From positions 27,013 to 91,012 of the IMG/VR virus record IMGVR_UViG_3300045526_000254: a stretch of DNA of 64,000 bases, one strand, 5' to 3'. Positions 31,566-42,001 of this stretch are shown here, one piece after another. Under the pieces are notes generated by a model that did no database searches, was not told where the DNA came from, and saw only the letters and a program-made list of their open reading frames with translations. Origin of the DNA: a virus. Taxonomy: Duplodnaviria; Caudoviricetes. The first letter of the stretch is position 1. Every line of letters begins with the position of its first letter. The translations under genes and the position numbers were made by a program.

Positions 31566-32126
31566 ATGCAACCAAAATTTAACATAACAAAAGAACAATT
31601 AGAGCAACTTTATATTGTTGAGAACAAAAGTAGAAAAGAGTGTGCTGAATTTTTTGGTTGTTCTGACCCTCTTATAAAACAAAAGATACGCAAATATGGA
31701 CTACAAAAACCAAAACAATTAGAAAATAAGAATAAAGAAAGAAAGGAAATTCTCTATTGTGAAAATTGCGGTTCTTCATTTATAGTTAGCAGATTTAGAG
31801 CAACAAGTGAAAAATGGAAACTTCGTTTTTGTTCTCATTCTTGTTCTACTAAATTTAGATATTTGGGTGAAGAACATAAACGGGCAGTTTTAAATTCTAT
31901 TGCTGCCCGTAGAAGATGTAGAATGAAAAACGCTTTTGATGCAACTGCAAATCAACAAAAAATAAATGAGATATACTGTGAAGCAAAACAACTAACGGAA
32001 GATACTGGTATTCCACACGAAGTAGATCATATTATTCCAATTTCAAAAGGAGGAAAACATCACGAAGATAATTTGCAGATTATTACTATGAGTGAAAATC
32101 GCAAAAAACATACTAAAATTATTTAA
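31566..32126 (+). CDS. HNH homing endonuclease inserted in gp43
   Basis: N-terminal HTH-like region, CENC..FCSHSC, HEVDHIIPISKGGKHHEDNLQ. Confidence 0.88.
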   Translation: MQPKFNITKEQLEQLYIVENKSRKECAEFFGCSDPLIKQKIRKYGLQKPKQLENKNKERKEILYCENCGSSFIVSRFRATSEKWKLRFCSHSCSTKFRYLGEEHKRAVLNSIAARRRCRMKNAFDATANQQKINEIYCEAKQLTEDTGIPHEVDHIIPISKGGKHHEDNLQIITMSENRKKHTKII

Positions 32127-32127
32127 A

Positions 32128-32292
32128 ATGACTTACGAAGAAGAATATCAACTACGAAACAGAGAGAAGGCAAAACAGGCAAAATATGGAATGGTATGGT
32201 GTTCTTATTGTGATAGAGATATGGTAGGTGATATTGGTAAATGTTCTTATTGTGGAAGATTTAACAACAGAAAGAAAATTCGATATGAGTAA
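32128..32292 (+). CDS. Small Zn-ribbon protein (54 aa)
   Basis: WCSYCD...KCSYCG. Confidence 0.6.
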   Translation: MTYEEEYQLRNREKAKQAKYGMVWCSYCDRDMVGDIGKCSYCGRFNNRKKIRYE

Positions 32293-33643
32293 TTCTATGT
32301 GGAAAGATGTTCGTAAAATGTCCCGTGAAGAAATTGAAGAAGAATTAGATACACTTAAAAAAGTAAGAGAACTTTCTACTAAGGTTAGTGTTGATAAAAT
32401 TCTTAATCAAGAATTAGATTTTGAACCATTACAAAAAGTAAATCTTACTATAACGGCAAATGGGTCTCTTTATCGTAGAGTGAAGGGTATGCTTCCAGAA
32501 CTGATGGAAAAAATTTATAATGAACGTGTGATCTTTAAAAAGAAAATGCTTGCTGCGGAGCAGGAATATGAGAAAACGAAAAACAAACAACTTGTTAAAG
32601 AGATTGCCAGGTGCAATAATATTCAAATGGCAAGAAAGATTCAATTGAACTCTGCTTATGGTGCAATTGGTAATCAGTATTTCCGATATTTTAAACTCGC
32701 AAATGCTGAGGCGATTACACTTTCCGGGCAAGTATCAATTCAGTGGATTATGAATGCCATGAATGGGTATTTAAATAAAATTCTCAAAACTAATGAGGTA
32801 GATTATGTTATTGCTTCTGATACTGATTCTTTGTATATTAATATGGGCCCTTTGGTTGAAAATGTATTCAAAGGACGAGAGAAAACTACTCAAAGCATTG
32901 TGTCGTTCCTTGATAAGGTCTGTCAAGTGGAATTTGAAAAGTATATTGAAAGTTCTTACCAAAAACTGGCGGACTATGTGAATGCTTATGACCAGAAGAT
33001 GTTCATGAAGCGTGAATGTATTGCCGAACGTGGTATTTGGACTGCAAAGAAGCGATATATTCTAAGCGTATGGGATAGTGAAGGTGTCCGTTATGAAGAA
33101 CCTAAACTGAAGATCAAGGGTATTGAGGCAATCAAGTCTTCTACTCCAGCACCTTGCCGTAAGATGCTGAAGGACTCCTTTAAGATCTTGATGAGTGGAA
33201 CTGAAGATGACCTGATTGAATATATTGATAAGTGTCGTGAAGAGTTCAGAAAACTTCCTCCAGAACAGATTGCTTTTCCTAAATCTGCTTCTGATATTCG
33301 TAAGTATCAATCATCTTCCAGCATTTACGGATTTAAAACTCCATTTCATATTCGTGGAGCACTTCTATTCAATCATTACATTAAAGAGAAAAAACTTACA
33401 AACAAATACTCTTTGATTAATAATGGTGAAAAAATTAAATATATTTACCTCAAAACTCCAAATATTATTCGGGAAAATGTAATTGCATTTATTCAAGAAT
33501 TTCCCAGAGAACTTGGTCTTGACAAATACATCGACTATGACCTACAATTCGAAAAGAGTTTTATTGATCCACTTAGATCTGTTTTAGATTCAATCGGGTG
33601 GCGAGTAGAAAAAACAGTTACTTTGGAGGCATTTTTTAACTAA
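32285..33643 (+). CDS. gp43: DNA polymerase B, C-terminal fragment (motifs B and C, thumb)
   Basis: KIQLNSAYG, ASDTDS, KKRY; start ATG 32285. Confidence 0.93.
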   Translation: MSNSMWKDVRKMSREEIEEELDTLKKVRELSTKVSVDKILNQELDFEPLQKVNLTITANGSLYRRVKGMLPELMEKIYNERVIFKKKMLAAEQEYEKTKNKQLVKEIARCNNIQMARKIQLNSAYGAIGNQYFRYFKLANAEAITLSGQVSIQWIMNAMNGYLNKILKTNEVDYVIASDTDSLYINMGPLVENVFKGREKTTQSIVSFLDKVCQVEFEKYIESSYQKLADYVNAYDQKMFMKRECIAERGIWTAKKRYILSVWDSEGVRYEEPKLKIKGIEAIKSSTPAPCRKMLKDSFKILMSGTEDDLIEYIDKCREEFRKLPPEQIAFPKSASDIRKYQSSSSIYGFKTPFHIRGALLFNHYIKEKKLTNKYSLINNGEKIKYIYLKTPNIIRENVIAFIQEFPRELGLDKYIDYDLQFEKSFIDPLRSVLDSIGWRVEKTVTLEAFFN

Positions 33644-34650
33644 TGGATTTTTTAAAAGATATTGTAAAAGAAATTGGTGATGATTACACTAAACTAGCAT
33701 CGGACATTGATGAGACAGAGACGTATGTTGATACAGGTTCATACATTTTTAATGCACTGGTTTCAGGTAGTATATTTGGTGGTGTATCTGGGAATAAGAT
33801 TACTGCTATTGCTGGAGAGTCTTCTACTGGAAAGACTTTTTTCTCTCTCGCCGTGGTTAAGAACTTTCTTGATACTCATCCCGATGGTTACTGTCTCTAC
33901 TTTGACACTGAGGCTGCTATCACTAAATCTCTTCTAGAAAGTCGTGGTATTGATATTCGGCGTCTTGTGGTCGTTAATGTGGTTACCGTAGAAGAGTTTC
34001 GCGGTAAGGCACTTAAAGCAGTTGATATTTACTTAAAGAAACCTACTGAGGAACGCAAACCCTGTATGTTTGTATTAGATTCTTTGGGTATGCTTTCGAC
34101 TGAGAAAGAGATTACTGATGCTTTAAATGATAAACAAGTTCGGGATATGACTAAATCTCAACTTGTTAAAGGAGCATTTCGTATGCTTACTTTAAAGTTG
34201 GGAAAGGCAAAAATTCCTATGATAGTAACTAATCATACTTATGATGTTATTGGATCTTACGTTCCAACAAAGGAAATGGGTGGTGGTTCTGGTCTCAAGT
34301 ATGCCGCTTCTACTATCATATATCTTAGTAAGAAAAAGGAAAAGGATGGAACTGAAGTTGTTGGAAATGTCATTAAGGCAAAGACTCATAAATCACGTTT
34401 AAGCAAGGAGAACCAAGATGTAGAGATTCGTCTTTTTTATGATGAACGTGGTCTTGATCGATATTATGGTCTTTTAGAACTTGGAGAATTGGGAGAACTT
34501 TGGAAAAATGTAGCAGGTCGTTATGAGATTAACGGTAAGAAAGTCTATGGAAAAGAAATTCTTAGAAATCCAGAGCAATACTTTACCGAAGAAATAATGC
34601 AAAAACTTGATGACATCGCAAGACAACAATTTACTTATGGAACGAATTGA
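33643..34650 (+). CDS. uvsX: RecA-like recombinase
   Basis: GESSTGKT, FDTE, GGGSGLKYAAS. Confidence 0.96.
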   Translation: MDFLKDIVKEIGDDYTKLASDIDETETYVDTGSYIFNALVSGSIFGGVSGNKITAIAGESSTGKTFFSLAVVKNFLDTHPDGYCLYFDTEAAITKSLLESRGIDIRRLVVVNVVTVEEFRGKALKAVDIYLKKPTEERKPCMFVLDSLGMLSTEKEITDALNDKQVRDMTKSQLVKGAFRMLTLKLGKAKIPMIVTNHTYDVIGSYVPTKEMGGGSGLKYAASTIIYLSKKKEKDGTEVVGNVIKAKTHKSRLSKENQDVEIRLFYDERGLDRYYGLLELGELGELWKNVAGRYEINGKKVYGKEILRNPEQYFTEEIMQKLDDIARQQFTYGTN

Positions 34651-36016
34651 GACAACCATTCTCAGGAACTTAGTATTTAATGAAGATTATTCGCGCAAGG
34701 TCATACCTTTCATTCAACCAGATTATTTTGAGCAAAAGACCGAGAAGGTCATTTTTGAAGAGATCGTTGAATTTATTGTCAAATATGGTTCGGCAATTAC
34801 AGTCGAAGCACTCGGTATTGAAATTGAAAACCGAACGGATTTAACTGAAGATCAAATTAAAGATATCCGAGAAATAAACAAGAGTTTAAATGATGCTCCT
34901 GTTGAGAAAACTTGGTTACTTGATACTACAGAAAAGTGGTGTCGTGATCGTGCCATTTATCTGGCACTTATGGAATCCATTCATATTGCTGATGGTAAGG
35001 ATGATAAAAAAAATAGGGATGCAATTCCTAGCATTCTTTCTGATGCTCTCGCCGTTAGTTTTGACAATAATATCGGGCACGATTATTTAAATAATTATGA
35101 AGAACGATATGAGTATTATCACAGAAAGGAGGATAAAATTGAATTTGATCTTGAGTATTTTAATAAAATCACGAAAGGTGGTCTCCCTAACAAAACTCTT
35201 AACATCGCTCTTGCTGGTACGGGTGTCGGCAAGTCTTTATTCATGTGCCATGTGGCTAGCTCCGTCTTGCTCCAAGGACGGAACGTTCTGTACATTACGT
35301 TGGAAATGGCAGAAGAAAAAATTGCTGAAAGAATTGATGCAAATCTCTTGAATGTAAATATTCAAGAATTATCAGATCTTCCTCGATCTACTTTTGAGAC
35401 TAAGGTTACGAATCTTGCCAAAAAGACTCAGGGAACTCTTATAATTAAAGAGTATCCTACTGCATCAGCACATGCAGGGCATTTCAAGGCACTTCTAAAT
35501 GAACTTTCACTTAAAAAGTCATTTAGACCTGATATTATTTTCATTGATTACCTTAATATTTGTTCTTCTAGTAGGTATAAAGGAAACAGTAATATTAACT
35601 CATATACATTCGTGAAAGCAATTGCAGAGGAACTTAGAGGACTTGCTGTTGAGTTTAATGTTCCAATAGTCAGTGCAACACAAACTACCAGATCAGGTTT
35701 TGGTTCATCTGATGTGGAATTAACCGATACTTCTGAATCCTTTGGTCTCCCTGCCACTGCCGATCTTATGTTTGCTCTTATTAGCACTGAAGACTTGGAG
35801 GGGTTGGGGCAAATTATGGTGAAACAATTGAAGAACCGATATAATGATCCAACCATTTATAAGCGTTTTGTAATTGGTATTGATCGTGCTAAGATGCGTC
35901 TTTATGATTGCGAACAATCGGCACAAAATGACATACTTGACAAAGGTAACGATGACGAGTATGATTATGAGGAAGAAAGAAAACCTAAAAAATCATTTGA
36001 GGGATTTAAATTTTAA
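34637..36016 (+). CDS. gp41: Replicative helicase
   Basis: AGTGVGKS, IDYLNI, SATQTTR, QLKNRY. Confidence 0.96.
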   Translation: MERIETTILRNLVFNEDYSRKVIPFIQPDYFEQKTEKVIFEEIVEFIVKYGSAITVEALGIEIENRTDLTEDQIKDIREINKSLNDAPVEKTWLLDTTEKWCRDRAIYLALMESIHIADGKDDKKNRDAIPSILSDALAVSFDNNIGHDYLNNYEERYEYYHRKEDKIEFDLEYFNKITKGGLPNKTLNIALAGTGVGKSLFMCHVASSVLLQGRNVLYITLEMAEEKIAERIDANLLNVNIQELSDLPRSTFETKVTNLAKKTQGTLIIKEYPTASAHAGHFKALLNELSLKKSFRPDIIFIDYLNICSSSRYKGNSNINSYTFVKAIAEELRGLAVEFNVPIVSATQTTRSGFGSSDVELTDTSESFGLPATADLMFALISTEDLEGLGQIMVKQLKNRYNDPTIYKRFVIGIDRAKMRLYDCEQSAQNDILDKGNDDEYDYEEERKPKKSFEGFKF

Positions 36017-36432
36017 TGGAAACTGCTAAACACGTTGATTTTAATCGTTATGCTGAATTCGTAGATGCCGTAACTTCTGATGCATCTAAGGATTTTCTTG
36101 CCCTTTCAGATCGTTTAGTTGCTCTTGATGAGAAGGGTGCGAATATTGAACGACTTCTGACTGGTGCAGTAGGTGCTGCTGCTGAAAGTGGAGAATTGCT
36201 TGAGGTTGTAAAAAAACTTGTATTTCAAGGGAAAAGTTGGAATGAAGAAACTAAGTTTCACATTCAAAGAGAATTGGGAGACCTAATGTGGTATGTTGCC
36301 CAAATTTGTATTGCTCTTGATACTCCTCTTGACGAAATTATTAAGATGAATGTTGAAAAACTTTTGAAGAGATATCCAGAAGGATATTTTGATTCTTTTT
36401 ATTCTGAAAATAGAGAAAAGGGTGATATTTAA
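36016..36432 (+). CDS. mazG: MazG-like pyrophosphatase
   Basis: ESGELLEVVKK, RELGDLMWY, NVEKLLKRYP. Confidence 0.9.
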   Translation: METAKHVDFNRYAEFVDAVTSDASKDFLALSDRLVALDEKGANIERLLTGAVGAAAESGELLEVVKKLVFQGKSWNEETKFHIQRELGDLMWYVAQICIALDTPLDEIIKMNVEKLLKRYPEGYFDSFYSENREKGDI

Positions 36433-36504
36433 TATAAGAGGGTAGAAATACCCTTTTTTTTGTAATTTCTAAATATTATAAATAATAGTAGAAATACTAA
36501 ACAA

Positions 36505-37221
36505 ATGAAGTATATAATCTATGCATATATTAATGAAGAAGGTAAATTTTACTATATTGGTAGGGGAAGACCTGGAAGAGAAAGAGAAAATCATAAAAAA
36601 CTAAAAGTTCCACCAAAAGATAAAATATTAATATTACATAAAAATTTATCTTTAACTGAAAGTGTTGAATATGAGAAAGGACTTATTCAATTTTATGGTA
36701 GAAAATGTGATGGTGGGATTTTAGATAATAAAAGTATTGGAGGGCATAAGGGAGCATTAGGAGTTCCTTCTTGGAATAAAGGTCTTAAATGCGATTATGT
36801 TTCTGAAAATAATAGGAAAAGGAGAGGAGAATTGCATCCTTTATATGGAAAACAAAGAAGTGAAGAAACTAAAAGAAAAATTTCTGAAAAAAATATTGGA
36901 AAAAAAATGACCCAAGAACAAGTTCAAAAATTAAAAGATAAATTGACTGGTAAAGTAAAAACAGATATTCATAAAAAAAATATAAGTAAAGCTAAAAAAG
37001 GTAAAAAACAAACCGAAAAGCACAGAAAAAATAATGCTATAAGTAAATGTAAGTATTTGTATGGTCTAATTTCTCCGGACAAAAATATAATTGAAATACA
37101 AAATTTGAAACAGTTTAGTTTAGAAAACAACTTACCTTATTCAAGTATTCATAAACTTTCTTCTGGTGTTTATGATGAATATTGTGGATGGAAACTTCTT
37201 TACAAAAAAGATAAAATGTGA
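36505..37221 (+). CDS. GIY-YIG-like homing endonuclease with NUMOD3 repeats
   Basis: IIYAY..FYYIGRG, E..LIQFYGR, RSEETKRKISE. Confidence 0.85.
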   Translation: MKYIIYAYINEEGKFYYIGRGRPGRERENHKKLKVPPKDKILILHKNLSLTESVEYEKGLIQFYGRKCDGGILDNKSIGGHKGALGVPSWNKGLKCDYVSENNRKRRGELHPLYGKQRSEETKRKISEKNIGKKMTQEQVQKLKDKLTGKVKTDIHKKNISKAKKGKKQTEKHRKNNAISKCKYLYGLISPDKNIIEIQNLKQFSLENNLPYSSIHKLSSGVYDEYCGWKLLYKKDKM

Positions 37222-37249
37222 TAGTATTATCCTATTAAAATGACGACCG

Positions 37250-37438
37250 ATGACTAAAGAAAAACAAGTAACAATTAAACTGGATGTTCGTTCTGCCGCT
37301 GCAGTTCGTCAAATTCTTTTTGATTCTCAGAAAGGATATACTTATGATGAGACTTCTGTTCCTCCTCGTATTTCTGATATTCGTTCAGTGATTCGGGATC
37401 TTGATGATAAGATTGGTGCGGTAGTTGGTGAGGAATAA
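37250..37438 (+). CDS. Conserved small hypothetical protein
   Basis: 62-aa ORF. Confidence 0.65.
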   Translation: MTKEKQVTIKLDVRSAAAVRQILFDSQKGYTYDETSVPPRISDIRSVIRDLDDKIGAVVGEE

Positions 37439-37450
37439 ATAATTTAAAAA

Positions 37451-37858
37451 ATGTCTTTGCTTGGAAAAAGAAAAGGAAGACCCATTTCTAAAACTCAGTT
37501 TGATATGATCATCAAAAGATTTCAAGTCTTCCTTAAAAAAGAACTTCAACTAACTTATGATATTCCTGTGATATTTGTTGATGATGTTGATTTTTCTAAA
37601 AAAATTACATCTTTTGGTCAAATTTCAAAAGGAACGGCAATTTATTTAAGTATTATTAATCGACATCCTGTAGATATTATGAGAACTCTTGCTCATGAAT
37701 ATGTGCATTTTAAACAGCACATCGAAAAAGGAAAATTGAGCATGTCTTCTCATCCAGGTAGTGCTACTGAAAATCATGCAAATGCAAAGGCAGGAGAGAT
37801 TCTAAGAAAATATGGAAAATTGCATCCTGAACTATTTGAACTTATGCCAATTACATAA
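37451..37858 (+). CDS. Hypothetical protein, HExxH zincin-like
   Basis: RTLAHEYVH...ENHANA. Confidence 0.65.
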   Translation: MSLLGKRKGRPISKTQFDMIIKRFQVFLKKELQLTYDIPVIFVDDVDFSKKITSFGQISKGTAIYLSIINRHPVDIMRTLAHEYVHFKQHIEKGKLSMSSHPGSATENHANAKAGEILRKYGKLHPELFELMPIT

Positions 37859-37909
37859 ATATAAAATAAAACCAATTAAAACTACTTGTGTAGTAATAAT
37901 AGATAAAGA

Positions 37910-39265
37910 ATGAAAACATTTGTTCAATTTTTAAAGGAAGCAACCGCCGCTTCTGTTCAGGCAAAAAGACTTGGACTTGTTGGTGATGGACATGGTGGTT
38001 GGTATAATAGGGCAACTGGAGAATTTGAGGCAAAGACTGTTGGTGGACAATTAAAATATTTTAATAAAAGACAGATCATAGGTGGAAAAGATCCAACTCA
38101 AAATGAATTTGAAAAAAATATTCCATTAAGAACTTCTTATCCTTCAAACCCAAATTCTCAAGAAGTTCCCGTAAATCAACAAAGTGGACAAGAACCTTTA
38201 CCTCAAGAGGTTCCTCAAGAGGTTCCTCAAGAGGTTCCTCAAGAGCAACCTGTATTTACTCCTCCACAAGTTCCAAAAACTAAAGGAACATTAACAATAG
38301 CATTTGGTAGATTTAATCCACCAACTGTAGGACATCAAGAATTGATGGATTCTGCTGCAATGATGGCAATGGAAGATGGTGGAGATTATATTATTGTTCC
38401 TTCTAGAAGTTATGATCCTAAAAAAAATCCTTTAGATCCTGATACTAAAATATCAATCATGAGAAAAATTTATTCGGATCATAGTGAAAGAATTGTAAAT
38501 GATCCGAACATGATTTCAATATTTGATGTTCTAAAGAGAGCACATAATGATGGATACACTAATGTAAGAATTGTAAGTGGTTCTGATAGAGTCAAAGAAT
38601 TTGAAAAATTATCAAATAATTATAATGGTCAACTTTATCAATTCGATGCAATTGAAGTAATACCCACGGATAATATTGATCCTGATGGAAAAAATGTTGA
38701 AGGATTATCCTCATCAAGACTTAGACTTGCTGCAGTTGAAGGTGATTTTGTTACATTTCGTTCGGGACTCCCTCCAACAGTTAAAAATAAAGAAGCATTA
38801 CAACTTTTTGATCTTGTTCGCCAAGGAATGGGAATAGAAGAAATTCAACAAGAACAATATAGTCCTTGGGAAATTGCTCCAAAGTATTATGCACAATCAT
38901 TGAGAGAAAATTATATTAGTAAGTCTATTTTTAAAGTTGGTACTTTTGTTGAAAACTTAAATACAGGAATGATTGGTAAAATCATTCGCAGAGGAACAAA
39001 TTACTTAATTTGTGTAACTGAAGATAATATTATGTTTAAATCATGGATTAAAGATGTTAAAGAGTCTTATTCTGAAAAACATATGAGTAGGATGATGAGA
39101 CTTCCAAAAAAACCTAACACATTAGTAGGGACTTTAGGTTATTTTAAGTATGCATCTAAAATGACTCCTGGTGCAATTGGAGTAAATTCAAAAAATCTTC
39201 AGGTGGGTGGAAAACCTTATGGTGTTAATTTGATAAATAAAAATAGGAAAAAAGTAAAACGTTAA
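37910..39265 (+). CDS. Cytidylyltransferase-like nucleotidyltransferase
   Basis: FGRFNPPTVGH (HIGH-like), VSGSDR, SSSRLR. Confidence 0.8.
   Translation: MKTFVQFLKEATAASVQAKRLGLVGDGHGGWYNRATGEFEAKTVGGQLKYFNKRQIIGGKDPTQNEFEKNIPLRTSYPSNPNSQEVPVNQQSGQEPLPQEVPQEVPQEVPQEQPVFTPPQVPKTKGTLTIAFGRFNPPTVGHQELMDSAAMMAMEDGGDYIIVPSRSYDPKKNPLDPDTKISIMRKIYSDHSERIVNDPNMISIFDVLKRAHNDGYTNVRIVSGSDRVKEFEKLSNNYNGQLYQFDAIEVIPTDNIDPDGKNVEGLSSSRLRLAAVEGDFVTFRSGLPPTVKNKEALQLFDLVRQGMGIEEIQQEQYSPWEIAPKYYAQSLRENYISKSIFKVGTFVENLNTGMIGKIIRRGTNYLICVTEDNIMFKSWIKDVKESYSEKHMSRMMRLPKKPNTLVGTLGYFKYASKMTPGAIGVNSKNLQVGGKPYGVNLINKNRKKVKR
38201..38245 (+). repeat. 12-bp tandem repeat (PQEV) about x3.7
   Basis: cctcaagaggtt repeats. 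Confidence 0.9.
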
Positions 39266-39274
39266 ATTGTTCTC

Positions 39275-40762
39275 ATGAAAAAGCATATTGCCGAAGATCT
39301 TCCTGCAAGAAAGCATCCACAGGCACAAATGTCTGCACAATCAAAAAACCCAGAAGGTTCTAAACGAGGATCTGGTAGAGAAGATGCTGGCGCAAATAAA
39401 ACACCAGAACAAAGAATCAGTCAAGCTGCTTCCGACATTCGTTATCGTGCAAGAAGAGAAAATATTCCTCTTCGTACCGCATATTCTCAATATATGCAGA
39501 ATAGTTCAATGGCAGAAGCAGAAAAAGCAGCAGTAAGGGAAAAACTCTTTGGTAAAGGTGGAATGCAGGCAGAAGATTTTGATATGGATATGAAAGTATC
39601 TGCTTCAAATTCAATGGCAAAGGCACTTTATGCAGTTTTTGTTGAAAAAAAAGAAGAAGTTATTGATGAGAATCAACTTAAAAAAGAATTAGAAGAAGCA
39701 TCACATTTTAACAAATACAATAGTAGTGATAGAAAATATAAAGTTAGAGTTCATGATCCAGATAGTGGAGTAACGTATGTTAGATACGCAACTCGTAAAA
39801 AAATTAATGAACTTAGAGCAAAGGGTCTTGACGTAGAAATGACTGAATATGGAACTCCATATGAAGGTGAAAGAACAAAAGGAGAAAAAACTTCTGAAGT
39901 ATTAGGTAAAAAGGCAAAAAAAGATTATGATGGAGATGGTAAAGTTGAAAGTGGTGCAAAAGAATATCGTGGAGTAATTCATAATAAAATTCAACAGAGA
40001 AAAGGTGGCAAACCTGATGGAAAAGATACTTCAAGTGTAAAAGAAAATTTTATTCATGAAGTATCTGGAATGGCAAATTTGTCACAAATGGATTCATCCG
40101 CATATGTAGATCCTAATATTAATAATCAACCAATTGATGTTTTACCTAACAATAAAAAAAATAAAGTTACGGTAAATCCCACAGACAGTTCTAATACAAA
40201 ACTTGTTGCACACAATGAACTTGATGGTGAATTAATTTTTGAAACCGGATATTCAAAATTTCTTGGAATGCTTCAAGAAAAAAAGATGACTGCGGCAAAA
40301 AAGAAAAAAGAAAAAAAACTTAAGAAAAAATATGATCCTTCAGGCATGAAGGATAGTATGAAAAAACAATATGGCGAAAAGAAGGGTGAACAAGTTTACT
40401 TTGCCACAATTCGTAAACAGGCAATGAAAGAGGAATCTGATTGTAAATCTAAAGATGGTCAAGATGATAAAAGATCTATTCCTACGGAAGTTAGTCTTAT
40501 AAAATCAAAATTTCAATCAATGGGAGTAAAAAATCCACTTGTGATTGCATCTGATTATACTCCGGAAGGTGAAAATATAGATGAGGCTTTACCTGCGATT
40601 CTTGCTGGAGCTGCAGCATTAGGTGCTGGTGCTTATGGACTTTCGCAATTAATGAAAAAGAAAAGAGCACAGGTAACAGGATCTTCTAGACCCTCTACAT
40701 CAGGATCTTTATCAGGTAAAATGTCATCAAGAAATCAGAGAATTAAAGATCTTATGAATTAA
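39275..40762 (+). CDS. Late modular protein; in-frame continuation past TAA to 40897
   Basis: DYDGDGKVES, YTPEGENIDEA modules. Confidence 0.75.
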   Translation: MKKHIAEDLPARKHPQAQMSAQSKNPEGSKRGSGREDAGANKTPEQRISQAASDIRYRARRENIPLRTAYSQYMQNSSMAEAEKAAVREKLFGKGGMQAEDFDMDMKVSASNSMAKALYAVFVEKKEEVIDENQLKKELEEASHFNKYNSSDRKYKVRVHDPDSGVTYVRYATRKKINELRAKGLDVEMTEYGTPYEGERTKGEKTSEVLGKKAKKDYDGDGKVESGAKEYRGVIHNKIQQRKGGKPDGKDTSSVKENFIHEVSGMANLSQMDSSAYVDPNINNQPIDVLPNNKKNKVTVNPTDSSNTKLVAHNELDGELIFETGYSKFLGMLQEKKMTAAKKKKEKKLKKKYDPSGMKDSMKKQYGEKKGEQVYFATIRKQAMKEESDCKSKDGQDDKRSIPTEVSLIKSKFQSMGVKNPLVIASDYTPEGENIDEALPAILAGAAALGAGAYGLSQLMKKKRAQVTGSSRPSTSGSLSGKMSSRNQRIKDLMN

Positions 40763-40938
40763 TTATATGAACCAGAAGGTGATGTAATTGATGAATCTCG
40801 CTTAGGAGATGCAGCAAGAAGAAGGAACAGATATTATCGGGATGACCGTGACCATGGATCGTTATCCCCGAGAGAAAGAAATCCTAGACTAAGATAGTTT
40901 TCTAAATAAAATAGGATATCATTCTCACGGAGGTTATT

Positions 40939-41124
40939 ATGTCTGTAGGTATTATTTGGGCTTGGATTGTTGCAAATGAAGCGGCACTTGCCACAATTCT
41001 TTTTATTATTTCTGAACTTTTAGGTGCTTCATCTAAAGTTAAGGCGAATGGAATTCTTTCATTTATTATTCTTCAAATTCAAGAACAACTTAAAAAGAAA
41101 GGTGCTGTAGATCCAACACCATGA
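40939..41124 (+). CDS. Small membrane protein
   Basis: SD GGAGG; two hydrophobic segments. Confidence 0.65.
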   Translation: MSVGIIWAWIVANEAALATILFIISELLGASSKVKANGILSFIILQIQEQLKKKGAVDPTP

Positions 41125-41212
41125 AAAAATAATTAAAATAAAAATTGGAGATCTTTAAGGTCTCCTTTTTTTATAAATATCAATATAAAAAGAAATTTAT
41201 AGGGTAAGTAAC

Positions 41213-41995
41213 ATGGCTCTTTGGGGCATTTCCACAAATGCTGAAACCTCAGCAAATAATTTTGCAATTCCAAAATATCTAGGTAAGTATTCACCAGACA
41301 CTAGTTTGTTTGAAGCAAGAGATAGAACTAGAAGTCCTTACAACTGCTTTGCGGATAATCGTGGTTGGATTTTTAGGCACTACGGAACTCTAATGCATTC
41401 TGGTTTATCAACATCATATTATGATGAAATTCTTATTCCCGTTGCCGGATTAAATACCGCAGGCGCCGGAACTAGTACAACTGGATTGGATTTAGCAACA
41501 CCGGTCGCGGTTTTCTTTGAAGATCCTAATCTGGCATCACCAATTAGTATCGGTGCAGGTGGTACTACAGGAATTTCTACTAACACCATAGGTTATGTTC
41601 ATGTAGTTTGGAACGAAACTGTTTATTGTAGTGCCGGAGCAACAGTTTCAATTGTTGGTTATAATACTGCAGGATCTGTTGTAACTTCTCTTGTTGCAAC
41701 CGCTGCTTCTACAGGAGTTCCTGTTCAAGTTAATGTTCCTGGAATTGGACAAACTGTTGTTACTTTTAATGGACAAATTAGTAATAGAGTTGCATTTGCA
41801 TTTACTTCCCCATCAACCGGTATTGGAACTGTATTAAGAATTAATACTACTCCAGGTGTTATTGGTATAATTACCGATGCAAGTGGCGGTGCGGGAGTTA
41901 CAAGTTCTCTTACTGGATTGGTTAAAAATATTGCCGGTGCAGGAACAACTACCGGAGTTGGTATTGGCACAATTTCATTAACAATAAAGGCATAA
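41213..41995 (+). CDS. Probable virion structural protein (Thr/Gly-rich, MALWG N-terminus)
   Basis: Late promoter 41172; beta-rich composition. Confidence 0.65.
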   Translation: MALWGISTNAETSANNFAIPKYLGKYSPDTSLFEARDRTRSPYNCFADNRGWIFRHYGTLMHSGLSTSYYDEILIPVAGLNTAGAGTSTTGLDLATPVAVFFEDPNLASPISIGAGGTTGISTNTIGYVHVVWNETVYCSAGATVSIVGYNTAGSVVTSLVATAASTGVPVQVNVPGIGQTVVTFNGQISNRVAFAFTSPSTGIGTVLRINTTPGVIGIITDASGGAGVTSSLTGLVKNIAGAGTTTGVGIGTISLTIKA

Positions 41996-42001
41996 TATGG
42001 T

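Noticed and set aside
31519-32285. Group I intron or split intein in gp43
   Set aside because: No recognisable P7/catalytic core and no intein Cys-start or His-Asn-end motifs; both fragments carry their own coding extensions
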